A DNA stretch of 38,675 nt, from contig JAZGHN010000045.1 in assembly GCA_036481135.1 (NCBI GenBank), positions 1 through 38,675 of the forward strand, in the 5' to 3' direction. Shown piece by piece: positions 1 to 7,618 of this stretch. This stretch comes from Dehalococcoidales bacterium. GTDB lineage: Bacteria; Chloroflexota; Dehalococcoidia; Dehalococcoidales; E44-bin46. Each line of letters begins with the position of its first letter. Positions within the stretch are counted from its first letter, which is position 1. A program made the position numbers and the translations under genes. Under the pieces are notes generated by a model that ran no database searches, had not been told where the DNA came from, and saw nothing but the letters and a program-made list of their open reading frames with translations.

Positions 1-2
1 TA

Positions 3-542
3 CTTGTCAATAATGCCGGGGTATTGAAATTGGTTCCTCTTGTCGACATGCCAGATGAAGTTCGGGATAGGATGATTGATGTCAATATCAAGGGGACATT
101 CGTGGTTACCAAGGCGGTATTGCCAGGCATGATAAAACACAAATATGGGAGGATAATAAATCTATCCTCTGTTACCGGACCACTGGTTGCTGATATTGGT
201 GAAACTGCCTATGCAACTACTAAAGCAGCGATTTGGGGTTTTACCAGAGCACTGGCTATTGAAGTCGCCAAATATGGCATAACGGTAAATGCCATATGTC
301 CCGGTATGATTGATACTGACATGGTAAGGGATTTGGCTGTGGAAACCAACCCTAATGACCCTCAAAGTGTTCTTAAAGCTTTGGCGAGGGGGATACCTAT
401 GGGGAGGCTTGGAACCATAGAAGAGTTGGGGGAGCTGGTAGCATTTTTAGCCTCAGACGAGGCAAGATATATAACAGGGACACCTATTCTTATTGATGGC
501 GGAAGCACTTTGCCTGAATCTGGTCTATTTACCATTGGTTGA
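3..542 (+). CDS. short-chain dehydrogenase/reductase (SDR), 5' end cut by window edge
   Basis: The frame is open from base 3 and reads LVNNAGV (the SDR NNAG motif) ahead of the track's internal start at 24. It also has catalytic YATTK (YxxxK), PGMIDTDM, and a C-terminal ITG..ILIDGG typical of classical SDRs. Confidence 0.85.
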   Translation, partial: LVNNAGVLKLVPLVDMPDEVRDRMIDVNIKGTFVVTKAVLPGMIKHKYGRIINLSSVTGPLVADIGETAYATTKAAIWGFTRALAIEVAKYGITVNAICPGMIDTDMVRDLAVETNPNDPQSVLKALARGIPMGRLGTIEELGELVAFLASDEARYITGTPILIDGGSTLPESGLFTIG

Positions 543-589
543 GGCCATATATATTGAAAGGTAATAAAAGTAAGGAGGTATTATAAAAG

Positions 590-1369
590 ATGGGGAGATT
601 AGACGGGAAGGTTGCCTTGATAACCGGAGGTGCTTGTGGTATCGGGAGGGGGCATTCAGAGTTGTTTGCTAAGGAGGGGGCTAAGGTTGTAGTCACTACC
701 AGGAAGAAGGTAGATGTGGGAACAGCATTGGCGGAAAGTATCAAAAAACAAGGTGGAGAGGCTATCTTTCTTAGGCTTGATACCACCATTGAGGATGACT
801 GGAAAAGGGTGCTCGACGAGGTCATCAAAAAGTATGGCAAGCTGAACATTCTGGTGAATAATGCCGGCGTTTCCTTGGCGAAAAGTATCGAAGAGACCTC
901 ACTTGATGAATGGAATTGGTTAATGAATATAAACGCCACCGGCGTCTTTTTGGGTTGCAAATATGGCATTGAGGCTATGAAGAAAAATGGAGAGCCGTGC
1001 TCCATAGTAAATATATCGTCTATTGACGCTATGGTAGGTGAAGCCGGGTTACCTGCCTATTGTGCCTCTAAAGGGGCGGTAAGGTCTTTTACTAAATCGG
1101 TAGCGTTATCCTGTTCCGAAGCTGGATATAATATTCGGGTCAATTCTGTGCACCCCGGTTATATTCATACCCAGATGACAGAGCAAGAGGCCGAGGATTA
1201 TGGCCTTAAACCTGAGCAGTATTTTGAAAAGGTAGGCAAGATGCACCCCCGCGGCCGTATCGGCAAACCGATTGATATCGCTTATGTCAGCCTGTATCTT
1301 GCCTCTGACGAATCCGACTGGGTTACCGGGGGAGAGTTTGTCGTCGATGGCGGTTATATATCGCAATAA
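590..1369 (+). CDS. short-chain dehydrogenase/reductase (classical SDR, 3-oxoacyl-ACP reductase/glucose dehydrogenase-like)
   Basis: 259 aa with TGGACGIG (TGxxxGIG cofactor loop), NNAG and YCASK (YxxxK). A TAAGGAGGT Shine-Dalgarno lies upstream of the ATG. It is a tandem paralog of the preceding gene. Confidence 0.9.
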   Translation: MGRLDGKVALITGGACGIGRGHSELFAKEGAKVVVTTRKKVDVGTALAESIKKQGGEAIFLRLDTTIEDDWKRVLDEVIKKYGKLNILVNNAGVSLAKSIEETSLDEWNWLMNINATGVFLGCKYGIEAMKKNGEPCSIVNISSIDAMVGEAGLPAYCASKGAVRSFTKSVALSCSEAGYNIRVNSVHPGYIHTQMTEQEAEDYGLKPEQYFEKVGKMHPRGRIGKPIDIAYVSLYLASDESDWVTGGEFVVDGGYISQ

Positions 1370-1400
1370 AGAATAGCACAAAAGGGGTTAGAAATGATTA

Positions 1401-1441
1401 AGAGATGTGGAACAGCTAGTTTCACATCTCTTTGTTTATTT
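1401..1441 (+). terminator. Rho-independent terminator between convergent SDR and livF-like genes
   Basis: AGAGATGTGGAA (1401-1412) pairs with TTTCACATCTCT (1420-1431) around a 7-nt loop and is followed by TTGTTTATTT. It sits 32 nt after the SDR stop codon. Confidence 0.7.
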
Positions 1442-1464
1442 GCCAATGCTGGAGAGGGTTGTCA

Positions 1465-2166
1465 TTAAACGCCGAAGTATGTTTTCCTGACGTATTCGTC
1501 CCCCTTCATCTCTTCGGCGGTGCGTCCCTTGCTTAATTTTCCTCTCTCCAGGAGGTGGAGCCTCTCTGCATGCGCCGCAGTGAAACTCACATTCTGCTCA
1601 GCGATGATAATGGTAGCCCCTCTTTTCTTCAAATCCTCTATGGTAACCGCTAGTTTAGAAATTACAATGGGGGCAAGACCTAGGGTTGGCTCATCCAGCA
1701 ATAGCAGTCTGGGGTCGGACATCCAGGCTCTCCCCAAGGAGAGCATTTGCCGTTCTCCCCCACTTAGTGTGTCAGCTTGCTGCTTCTGGCGTTCTTCAAG
1801 AAGTGGAACCATTTCATATACCGCTTCAAGGCTCTCGTCTAGTTTTTCCCGCGCCAGGTAAGCCCCAACCAGCAGATTGTCCTTCACATTCATCACAGAG
1901 AAGAGGTTCCCCCTCTCCGGGGCATAGCCAATTCCCAATTTGATTATCTTTCTTGGGGGTAATCCATGCAGGTCTACGCCGTCAAAGATAATTTGACCTC
2001 GCCAATCCGTCAGCCCGATGATGGAATCTAGCAGTGATGACTTCCCCGCGCCATTGGGGCCAATTACGCCTATACATTCTCCCTTTTCCACATTAAATGA
2101 GACACCCTTTAAGGCCTGAGCCTTTCCATAAAAAACTTCAAGATTTTCAACTTCCAGAAAAGCCAT
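1465..2166 (-). CDS. livF: branched-chain/hydrophobic amino acid (HAAT family) ABC transporter ATP-binding protein, LivF-type
   Basis: 233 aa with Walker A GPNGAGKSS, signature LSGGERQ and Walker B LLLLDEP. It is the last gene of a five-gene Liv-type operon. Confidence 0.85.
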   Translation of the reverse strand: MAFLEVENLEVFYGKAQALKGVSFNVEKGECIGVIGPNGAGKSSLLDSIIGLTDWRGQIIFDGVDLHGLPPRKIIKLGIGYAPERGNLFSVMNVKDNLLVGAYLAREKLDESLEAVYEMVPLLEERQKQQADTLSGGERQMLSLGRAWMSDPRLLLLDEPTLGLAPIVISKLAVTIEDLKKRGATIIIAEQNVSFTAAHAERLHLLERGKLSKGRTAEEMKGDEYVRKTYFGV

Positions 2167-2193
2167 GGCTACACCTCCCCTCCTATTATCCTA

Positions 2194-2916
2194 TTATCCG
2201 AAATATGCCGCTTTAACCTTTTCGTTGTCAACGATTTTGTCAAAAGGTCCCTCAGCAATAAACTGACCAAAATGAATAACCACCACTCTATCCACTAAAG
2301 GAGCTAAAGCCTTTAAATCATGGCTAACGACTATGAAGTCTAAGCCTTCCTCCATTTTCCTTCTAAGTAGTTTATCTATTTCCTCAATTTCTGCCACCGT
2401 CAACCCAGCGAATATCTCATCGAGCAAAACGATTTTGGGTTTAGTAGCTAGTGCCTTGGCTAGCTCCACCCGGCGAAGGTCTCCCATAGTTAATTCGTGA
2501 GGATACATTGAGAAGCGCCCCTTAAGCCCGACATCCTCTGCGATTCTCTCTACTTCTTCAAGGTGTGTTCCTCCCCTGAAACTCCCCATTATAGAATCAG
2601 GTATGGTACTTACCCGAATGTCTTCAATGATTGGTAGTTCCCTGAACGGTCTTGGTACCTGATATGTGCGGGCAATACCCATCTTTACCCTTTCAAAGGT
2701 GGGGTAATGGGTAATGTCTTCCCTCTTAAGGAGGACTTTCCCTGAATCAGGGGGGAAGTCTCCCATAATTATGTTAAAAATTGTGGTCTTGCCCGAGCCG
2801 TTCGGTCCCATAAGACCAAGAACCTCTCCCTCATCTATATGAAAACTCAGGTCGTTAATGGCAACAAGCCCACCGAACCTCTTGGTAATCCCCTGTACCT
2901 CAAGTAACTTAGCCAT
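2194..2916 (-). CDS. livG: HAAT-family ABC transporter ATP-binding protein, LivG-type
   Basis: Walker A GPNGSGKTT, Walker B VLLDEIFAG and a LivG-like C-terminus. The track start at 2925 is a GTG with no spacing to the GGAGGG Shine-Dalgarno. The ATG at 2916 sits about 9 nt after it and 1 nt past the livM stop, so I prefer it. Confidence 0.85.
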   Translation of the reverse strand: MAKLLEVQGITKRFGGLVAINDLSFHIDEGEVLGLMGPNGSGKTTIFNIIMGDFPPDSGKVLLKREDITHYPTFERVKMGIARTYQVPRPFRELPIIEDIRVSTIPDSIMGSFRGGTHLEEVERIAEDVGLKGRFSMYPHELTMGDLRRVELAKALATKPKIVLLDEIFAGLTVAEIEEIDKLLRRKMEEGLDFIVVSHDLKALAPLVDRVVVIHFGQFIAEGPFDKIVDNEKVKAAYFG

Positions 2917-2917
2917 A

Positions 2918-3916
2918 TTACGCACCCTCCCTCGTTCTTGCCCGGAACCAATTTCTTACATCCTGGGCTATACCGTAAAACCCCCTTGGTCTATAAATAA
3001 CCATAAATATTGCCACCAGGGCATAAGCAAGCAGCCTCCACTGCCCGAAGAGATAGGGGCGCAGGTACTCCAGGATAAAGGTCAGGAAGTAGCCGCCAAA
3101 CATCGGCCCGACAATGGTGCCCATGCCGCCAATCACTGCTGAGATTATTATATCAAGGAGGAAGATAGTACTGAAAGCCCGTCGCGGCGATATAGATTGC
3201 AAATAGTGGGTGTAGAAAACTCCTCCGAGTCCTGCCGTCAGTGCGCTCAGAAGGAAGGCGAACCTCTTAAACCTGTAGGTGCTGATGCCACTGGCTTCTA
3301 CTACATCCTCATCCATGCGTATCGCCTTTAGAACATTCCCCACATTAGACCTTGACACATACCACAAGCCGATGGCGGTGGCAAACATGAGGCCAAGGGC
3401 AAGATAATAGTTGGGAATTGCTCCTATAACCACCGCTGGTTGGTTAGGCAGCCCTCTATCCCCACCGGTGAACTCCGGGCGTATGGCTATTACCAAGCGA
3501 TGCAATATCTCCATGAAGGCGAGGCTGACCAGGGCAAAGTAAGGGCCTCTTACCCTCATGCTGGGGAGGAAGAAGAGCATTCCCCCTCCCACTGCCGCTG
3601 CTACACCTAGAGGTAAAGTTACATAAAGTGGCAGTATGATATGTGGCGGCTGGAAGCCTTCCTGGTGAGATAAAAACGCGGTAACATAGCCGGCTAAGCC
3701 AATTAAGGCGGGATGCCCGAAGCTGATGTAGCCGGTATGCCCTGACATCATATCCCAGCTCATGGCAAAAATCGCCAGGTAGCTAGCCATGACAAGAAGC
3801 CTAGTAACGCTAAGGGGGACGAAGAGCGGTAGGACACACATCACCGCTATAGCAATTAGCCACCAGCGTAACGATTTAATCGAAGTTATACCCACTTTAG
3901 AGTATTTTTCTATCAT
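2918..3916 (-). CDS. livM: HAAT-family ABC transporter permease, LivM-type
   Basis: 332 aa, polytopic and hydrophobic, and lies between the LivH-type and LivG-type genes. The sequence pattern is typical of LivM (SFGHPALIGLGAY). Confidence 0.8.
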   Translation of the reverse strand: MIEKYSKVGITSIKSLRWWLIAIAVMCVLPLFVPLSVTRLLVMASYLAIFAMSWDMMSGHTGYISFGHPALIGLAGYVTAFLSHQEGFQPPHIILPLYVTLPLGVAAAVGGGMLFFLPSMRVRGPYFALVSLAFMEILHRLVIAIRPEFTGGDRGLPNQPAVVIGAIPNYYLALGLMFATAIGLWYVSRSNVGNVLKAIRMDEDVVEASGISTYRFKRFAFLLSALTAGLGGVFYTHYLQSISPRRAFSTIFLLDIIISAVIGGMGTIVGPMFGGYFLTFILEYLRPYLFGQWRLLAYALVAIFMVIYRPRGFYGIAQDVRNWFRARTREGA

Positions 3917-3919
3917 TAT

Positions 3920-4762
3920 TTACCTGCCAAACAAACCCTTTGGCCGGACGATTAGCACAATAATCATAATCACCAAACCGGGCACACTCCTTAACTTCTC
4001 GTGAATCGCCAGGACAGTGGCAGTCTCCATAAAGCCGACTATGTGAGCTCCGATGATAGTGCCCTCAATACTGCCCAGCCCTCCTATTACCACTATGGCA
4101 AAGGACATTATCAGTGGAAACACCCACGCAGTGGGTGTTAGAAAAGTATAGCTACTATAGAATATGCCGGCAACTCCAGCTAGTGCCCCTGATATAGCCC
4201 AGGTGATTAGATTCACCCTATCAGGGTTTATCCCCGAGATTATAGCCCCCTTCCTGTCCATAGCCAGAGCACGCATAGCCCTCCCTATGTGAGTCGTTCT
4301 CATAAAGAGTAACACAGCTCCTATGCATGTCCAGCTTGCAATCAGGGCGGCAACAAGATTGTTGGAAACAGTATAACCAAGAACCTCGGTAGTTCCTACC
4401 ACGATGGGCGGGACGTTTATGTTTTCCCTGAAGAAGGCAAGGGTCATGATATGCTCCAATGTTAAAGCTAAGATGATGGTGGAGACAAAAACGATAGTGG
4501 GATCGTACAGGAACCGTCTCACCCAAGCCATATAGGTGCCGACGGCGAGTCCAGCGCCGGTGGCGATGGCGATTGCGAAACTTACACCCATCGGTAGTCC
4601 CACCATGTACGATGCCCAGAAGTACATATAACCGGCAACCATAACATATCCGGCATGAGCCAGGTTAAGCACTCTCCCCACACCGAATATCATGGTGAAG
4701 CCCAGTGCTATTAGGGCATATAGTCCACTGAGGAGAGCGCCTTGAATGAGTATTTGCTCCAT
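3920..4762 (-). CDS. livH: HAAT-family ABC transporter permease, LivH-type
   Basis: 280 aa, polytopic. The N-terminus QGALLSGLYALIALGFTMIFGV.. is typical of LivH. A 3-nt gap separates it from the livM-like gene. Confidence 0.8.
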   Translation of the reverse strand: MEQILIQGALLSGLYALIALGFTMIFGVGRVLNLAHAGYVMVAGYMYFWASYMVGLPMGVSFAIAIATGAGLAVGTYMAWVRRFLYDPTIVFVSTIILALTLEHIMTLAFFRENINVPPIVVGTTEVLGYTVSNNLVAALIASWTCIGAVLLFMRTTHIGRAMRALAMDRKGAIISGINPDRVNLITWAISGALAGVAGIFYSSYTFLTPTAWVFPLIMSFAIVVIGGLGSIEGTIIGAHIVGFMETATVLAIHEKLRSVPGLVIMIIVLIVRPKGLFGR

Positions 4763-4801
4763 GCTGCTAATTCGTCCTTACTTACAAAAATTCTCTCTCT
4801 T

Positions 4802-4857
4802 AAAGGGGGGTGGAAACTTCCACCCCCCTTTAAAACCTCCCCTCTAAGGGAGAGGTT
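4802..4857 (-). terminator. two intra-operon stem-loops between binding-protein gene and permease genes (partial terminator / mRNA-stabilising hairpins)
   Basis: 4802-4831 is a perfect 13-bp GC-rich stem, AAAGGGGGGTGGA / TCCACCCCCCTTT, with a 4-nt loop. 4834-4857 is a second imperfect hairpin, AACCTCCCCT..AGGGAGAGGTT. Both lie in the 135-nt gap after the SBP stop codon. Confidence 0.55.
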
Positions 4858-4897
4858 GTCTCAAGCTTTTGCCGACTGCTGAGAATCAGGGCGTTAC

Positions 4898-6292
4898 TTA
4901 GCGGCCCCTCTTCTCCTCTGGGATCCAGGGCACGAAGATATAGTCCGTGTTGCGCCATCTCGGTGGATGGATGATGCCGACCGTCGCCTCTATCGGATCC
5001 TGCTTCTCCAGCTTCCACTGCATGACACAACCGCCGGGGCGTCCATTCTCACCGGTCTGGTCTAACACGGAGGAGTGGGTGTAGGGATGCTCCGGTCCGT
5101 AGAACTTGTAGTACTGCCACTTTATATCCGCATCCTCTCCGGCAGCTTGCGCCGCTGCATCATCCCTTTCATATCCACCGTATCGCCAAAGGATGAGGTC
5201 TGTCTTCTCCATCTCTTCGACCCATCTATCAAGGTACTCGCCCTTAAATCCACCGGCGCGCTCGGCCGCCTCCACCATCATGTACACGCCATGGTAGGCG
5301 TTGAACCCGTTAAAGTGGGAGAAGATCGGGCGCTGGGTGTACCTTGCCCTATACTTGTCGATGAAGCCCTGGCTGACCGGATCCCAGTCCATACCTATGG
5401 TTGGTGGTGGCATGGTGGCACAGAAACCCCCTGCCAAACCTCCCATGTCATCCCAGAACTCGGCACTGCAAGCTGCTACGTTTACTCCCAGGATAGGTAT
5501 CGGTACCTGCAGCTCTATATAGGCAGCGCTGGGAGGAATGCAGTTAACCGAGCTGATGTGGAAGATGAAATCAGGGTCATACTCTATTATCTTGGCATAC
5601 ACCGGAGCAAAGTCAAAGGTACCTATATCGTATACAACCTCTCCGATCACCTCTATGCCAGCGCCGGGGGCTATCTCATCTCTGACGTATTCAGCCACCC
5701 CACCACCATAGGCGGTATCCTCAAAGTAGAGGACGCAGGTCTCCCAGCCCATCTCGGCGGCGAGGATGTCGTTGGCAAAGGCGACATACTCGGCACCCTG
5801 GTCGTAGTCGTTCATGTGGGGCATGAAGTAGGCTTTGCCGCCGGCTTCATAGTCATCATGAGCGATCTCGATACACCTGATTGCCGAGGTCCAGGTATCC
5901 AGCATGGGGATCTTGAATTCTAGTAAGCGGGGCATCCAGCCCAGGCTGACATCATCTATACACCCGGAGACCATGAAGTCGACTTTTTGTGACTCCGCAA
6001 GGTATTCGTATGCTTTTACCCCCTCTGTAGGATCTTCTGTGGCATCAGCCTTTACCAGCACTATCTGGCGTCCTAAGAGCCCGCCTGCTGCGTTTATTTC
6101 GTCAACAGCGATTTCGGTTCCCCTCTCGGCACTCCGACCAACATCGGTAGCAAGGGCTCCGATATATCCGGCTTTCCACACTTCTGCCTCTGCTGCTGGT
6201 TTGCCTATGCATCCACTCATCAGGGGCAAACCTATTGCCAGCACTACTATCAGCGCGATAGGGACAACTATTTTTAGCAATCCTTTACTCAT
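4898..6292 (-). CDS. ABC transporter substrate-binding lipoprotein (Leu/Ile/Val-binding-protein family, periplasmic binding protein type I)
   Basis: 464 aa. It has a signal peptide with lipobox LMSGC, and AGGLLGRQIVLV plus overall similarity to the LivK/LivJ-type fold. GGAGG lies upstream of the ATG. It is the first gene of the operon. The substrate cannot be determined from sequence. Confidence 0.8.
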   Translation of the reverse strand: MSKGLLKIVVPIALIVVLAIGLPLMSGCIGKPAAEAEVWKAGYIGALATDVGRSAERGTEIAVDEINAAGGLLGRQIVLVKADATEDPTEGVKAYEYLAESQKVDFMVSGCIDDVSLGWMPRLLEFKIPMLDTWTSAIRCIEIAHDDYEAGGKAYFMPHMNDYDQGAEYVAFANDILAAEMGWETCVLYFEDTAYGGGVAEYVRDEIAPGAGIEVIGEVVYDIGTFDFAPVYAKIIEYDPDFIFHISSVNCIPPSAAYIELQVPIPILGVNVAACSAEFWDDMGGLAGGFCATMPPPTIGMDWDPVSQGFIDKYRARYTQRPIFSHFNGFNAYHGVYMMVEAAERAGGFKGEYLDRWVEEMEKTDLILWRYGGYERDDAAAQAAGEDADIKWQYYKFYGPEHPYTHSSVLDQTGENGRPGGCVMQWKLEKQDPIEATVGIIHPPRWRNTDYIFVPWIPEEKRGR

Positions 6293-6384
6293 TTTAACTC
6301 CTCCTTCCTAAATAGGTTCCGGTCCATCTGAGGTTAGAATACATCATTACATTTCTCACCTCCTTATACAGGGTTATAATATAT

Positions 6385-6420
6385 TAAACCACCTATAAAG
6401 AATTTACTATAGGTGGTTTA
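6385..6420 (-). promoter_or_regulatory. 13-bp perfect stem-loop inside the long leader of the Liv-type operon
   Basis: TAAACCACCTATA (6385-6397) pairs with TATAGGTGGTTTA (6408-6420) around a 10-nt loop. No clear U-tract follows on the minus strand. Confidence 0.5.
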
Positions 6421-6534
6421 GGTTTACGTCTTATCCAGGTTCCACATAGGTATCATTAATCTCCCAAATGGTAGATACAGTGGGTGTAAGAGCATATCAG
6501 ACAGTGTGCATATATGTCAAACTCCTCCAAATTC

Positions 6535-6563
6535 AGTATAATCACAGAATATGCCTCTGTCAA
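6535..6563 (-). promoter_or_regulatory. sigma70-type promoter, probable driver of the Liv-type operon
   Basis: The minus strand reads TTGACA (6563-6558), a 17-nt spacer, then TATACT (6540-6535). The predicted leader to the SBP ATG at 6292 is about 235 nt. Confidence 0.55.
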
Positions 6564-6650
6564 TACTTAATTTTTGTTAGGAGATCATAGCGACTTTTGT
6601 AATTTTGTCCAGAGGTTGGGCTTGCGGTTGACCACTGAAGGGGGTACACT

Positions 6651-6726
6651 TGGTGGAGCTGAGGGGACTCGAACCCCTGACCTCCTCCGTGCAAAGGAGG
6701 CGCTCTCCCAGCTGAGCTACAGCCCC
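6651..6726 (-). tRNA. tRNA-Ala (anticodon UGC), CCA encoded
   Basis: The reverse complement folds as a cloverleaf: GGGGCTG TA GCTC AGCTGGGA GAGC G CCTCC TTTGCAC GGAGG AGGTC AGGGG TTCGAGT CCCCT CAGCTCC ACCA. The anticodon loop is TT-TGC-AC. The G3:U70 alanine identity pair is present. Length is 76 nt. Confidence 0.95.
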
Positions 6727-6739
6727 GTTTACTCAAAGT

Positions 6740-6768
6740 ATTATAGCAATTAAGGGTCTTATTGGCAA
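6740..6768 (-). promoter_or_regulatory. sigma70-type promoter of tRNA-Ala
   Basis: The minus strand reads TTGCCA (6768-6763), a 17-nt spacer, then TATAAT (6745-6740). The -10 ends 13 nt before the mature tRNA 5' end. Confidence 0.65.
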
Positions 6769-6776
6769 TTTGCGCT

Positions 6777-7583
6777 ATGACAATAACTCACATTGCCACT
6801 TTGTTGGCTACCGGTATAGGTGCTGGCTTCGCCAGCGGTTTTCTCGGTGTGGGTGGTGCCTTCATCACGACACCGGTTCAGTATGAGGTATTTACCGCTA
6901 TGGGTATCCCCACAGATATGGCGGTAAAGCTGGCTTTCGGCACCAGTTTGCTGGTGGTGTTACCCACAGCTGCCAGCGGTGCCTGGAGACATCACAAGGA
7001 GGGGGTGGTGTGGTGGAAGGCAGCTTTTATCATGGGCGGCTGTGGTCTGGGTGTCAGTTTTGGTGGGGCTACCTTGGCTGCTCGCCTGCCTGGGGCAGGG
7101 CTAAAGATAGCTTTTGGCGCCGTAGTCTTAGCTGCTGCCATCAGAATGCTCATCAGCACACCATTAAAAGTTGAGGGGGAGCCTAAGGATAACCCTTGGC
7201 TGTGGGCAGCCTGGGCGATTCCGATAGGCATGGCTACCGGCATCCTCGGCATTGGTGGCGGTGTCTTGATGGTTCCAATAATGGTGCTGGCGCTCAACTT
7301 CAACATGCATCGTGCCGTGGCGACATCGTTGGCTGTGATAATATTTACCAGCATCGGTGGCGTTATCGGCTATATCGTGAATGGCCTCGATGTTCCTCAT
7401 CTGCCCCCTTATTCTATAGGCTATGTTAATCTCCTCTCAGGGTCTCTGTTAGCAGCTACCAGTGTTGGTATGGCACAGGTGGGGGCGGTAGCTGCCCATC
7501 GGCTTCCAGCCAAACAGCTAAGGTATGTATTTATTGGGGTAATGTTCTATATAGGGCTCAGGATGCTCGGTGTCTTTGATTAG
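6777..7583 (+). CDS. TauE/SafE (DUF81) family sulfite/anion exporter-type membrane protein
   Basis: Polytopic protein with two internally similar halves, each with G-rich helices (GFLGVGGAFI and GILGIGGGVLMVP), typical of TauE/SafE. The track start at 6762 is a TTG overlapping the tRNA promoter -35, so I prefer the ATG at 6777. Confidence 0.75.
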   Translation: MTITHIATLLATGIGAGFASGFLGVGGAFITTPVQYEVFTAMGIPTDMAVKLAFGTSLLVVLPTAASGAWRHHKEGVVWWKAAFIMGGCGLGVSFGGATLAARLPGAGLKIAFGAVVLAAAIRMLISTPLKVEGEPKDNPWLWAAWAIPIGMATGILGIGGGVLMVPIMVLALNFNMHRAVATSLAVIIFTSIGGVIGYIVNGLDVPHLPPYSIGYVNLLSGSLLAATSVGMAQVGAVAAHRLPAKQLRYVFIGVMFYIGLRMLGVFD

Positions 7584-7618
7584 CTGAGCTGGGCAATATA
7601 AGCAGCGCTGGAAGAGTG

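Noticed and set aside
529-1005. Long antisense ORFs in the track, for example 529-1005(-), 5075-5923(+), 5904-6311(+), 13233-13775(+), 19320-19757(+), 21007-21417(+), 25640-26023(+), 28670-29071(-) and 38217-38663(-)
   Set aside because: Each lies entirely opposite a gene with clear family motifs. Their translations are low-complexity (Ser/Pro/Arg-rich), and they lack Shine-Dalgarno sequences. They are typical shadow ORFs of moderately GC-rich coding DNA.
6385-6420. T-box riboswitch, because the hairpin 3' arm reads TAGGTGGTTT, resembling the T-box core GGUGGU
   Set aside because: The motif is on the 3' arm of the helix rather than the 5' side of an antiterminator. I saw no specifier loop, AG bulge or GNUGGNA context, and no U-tract terminator follows.
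6514-6542. Plus-strand promoter ATGTCA-N17-TATAAT overlapping the minus-strand promoter
   Set aside because: The -35 matches only 4/6 positions, and transcription would run antisense through tRNA-Ala. The minus-strand reading (TTGACA-N17-TATACT) is stronger and has an operon to drive. Bidirectional activity cannot be excluded.
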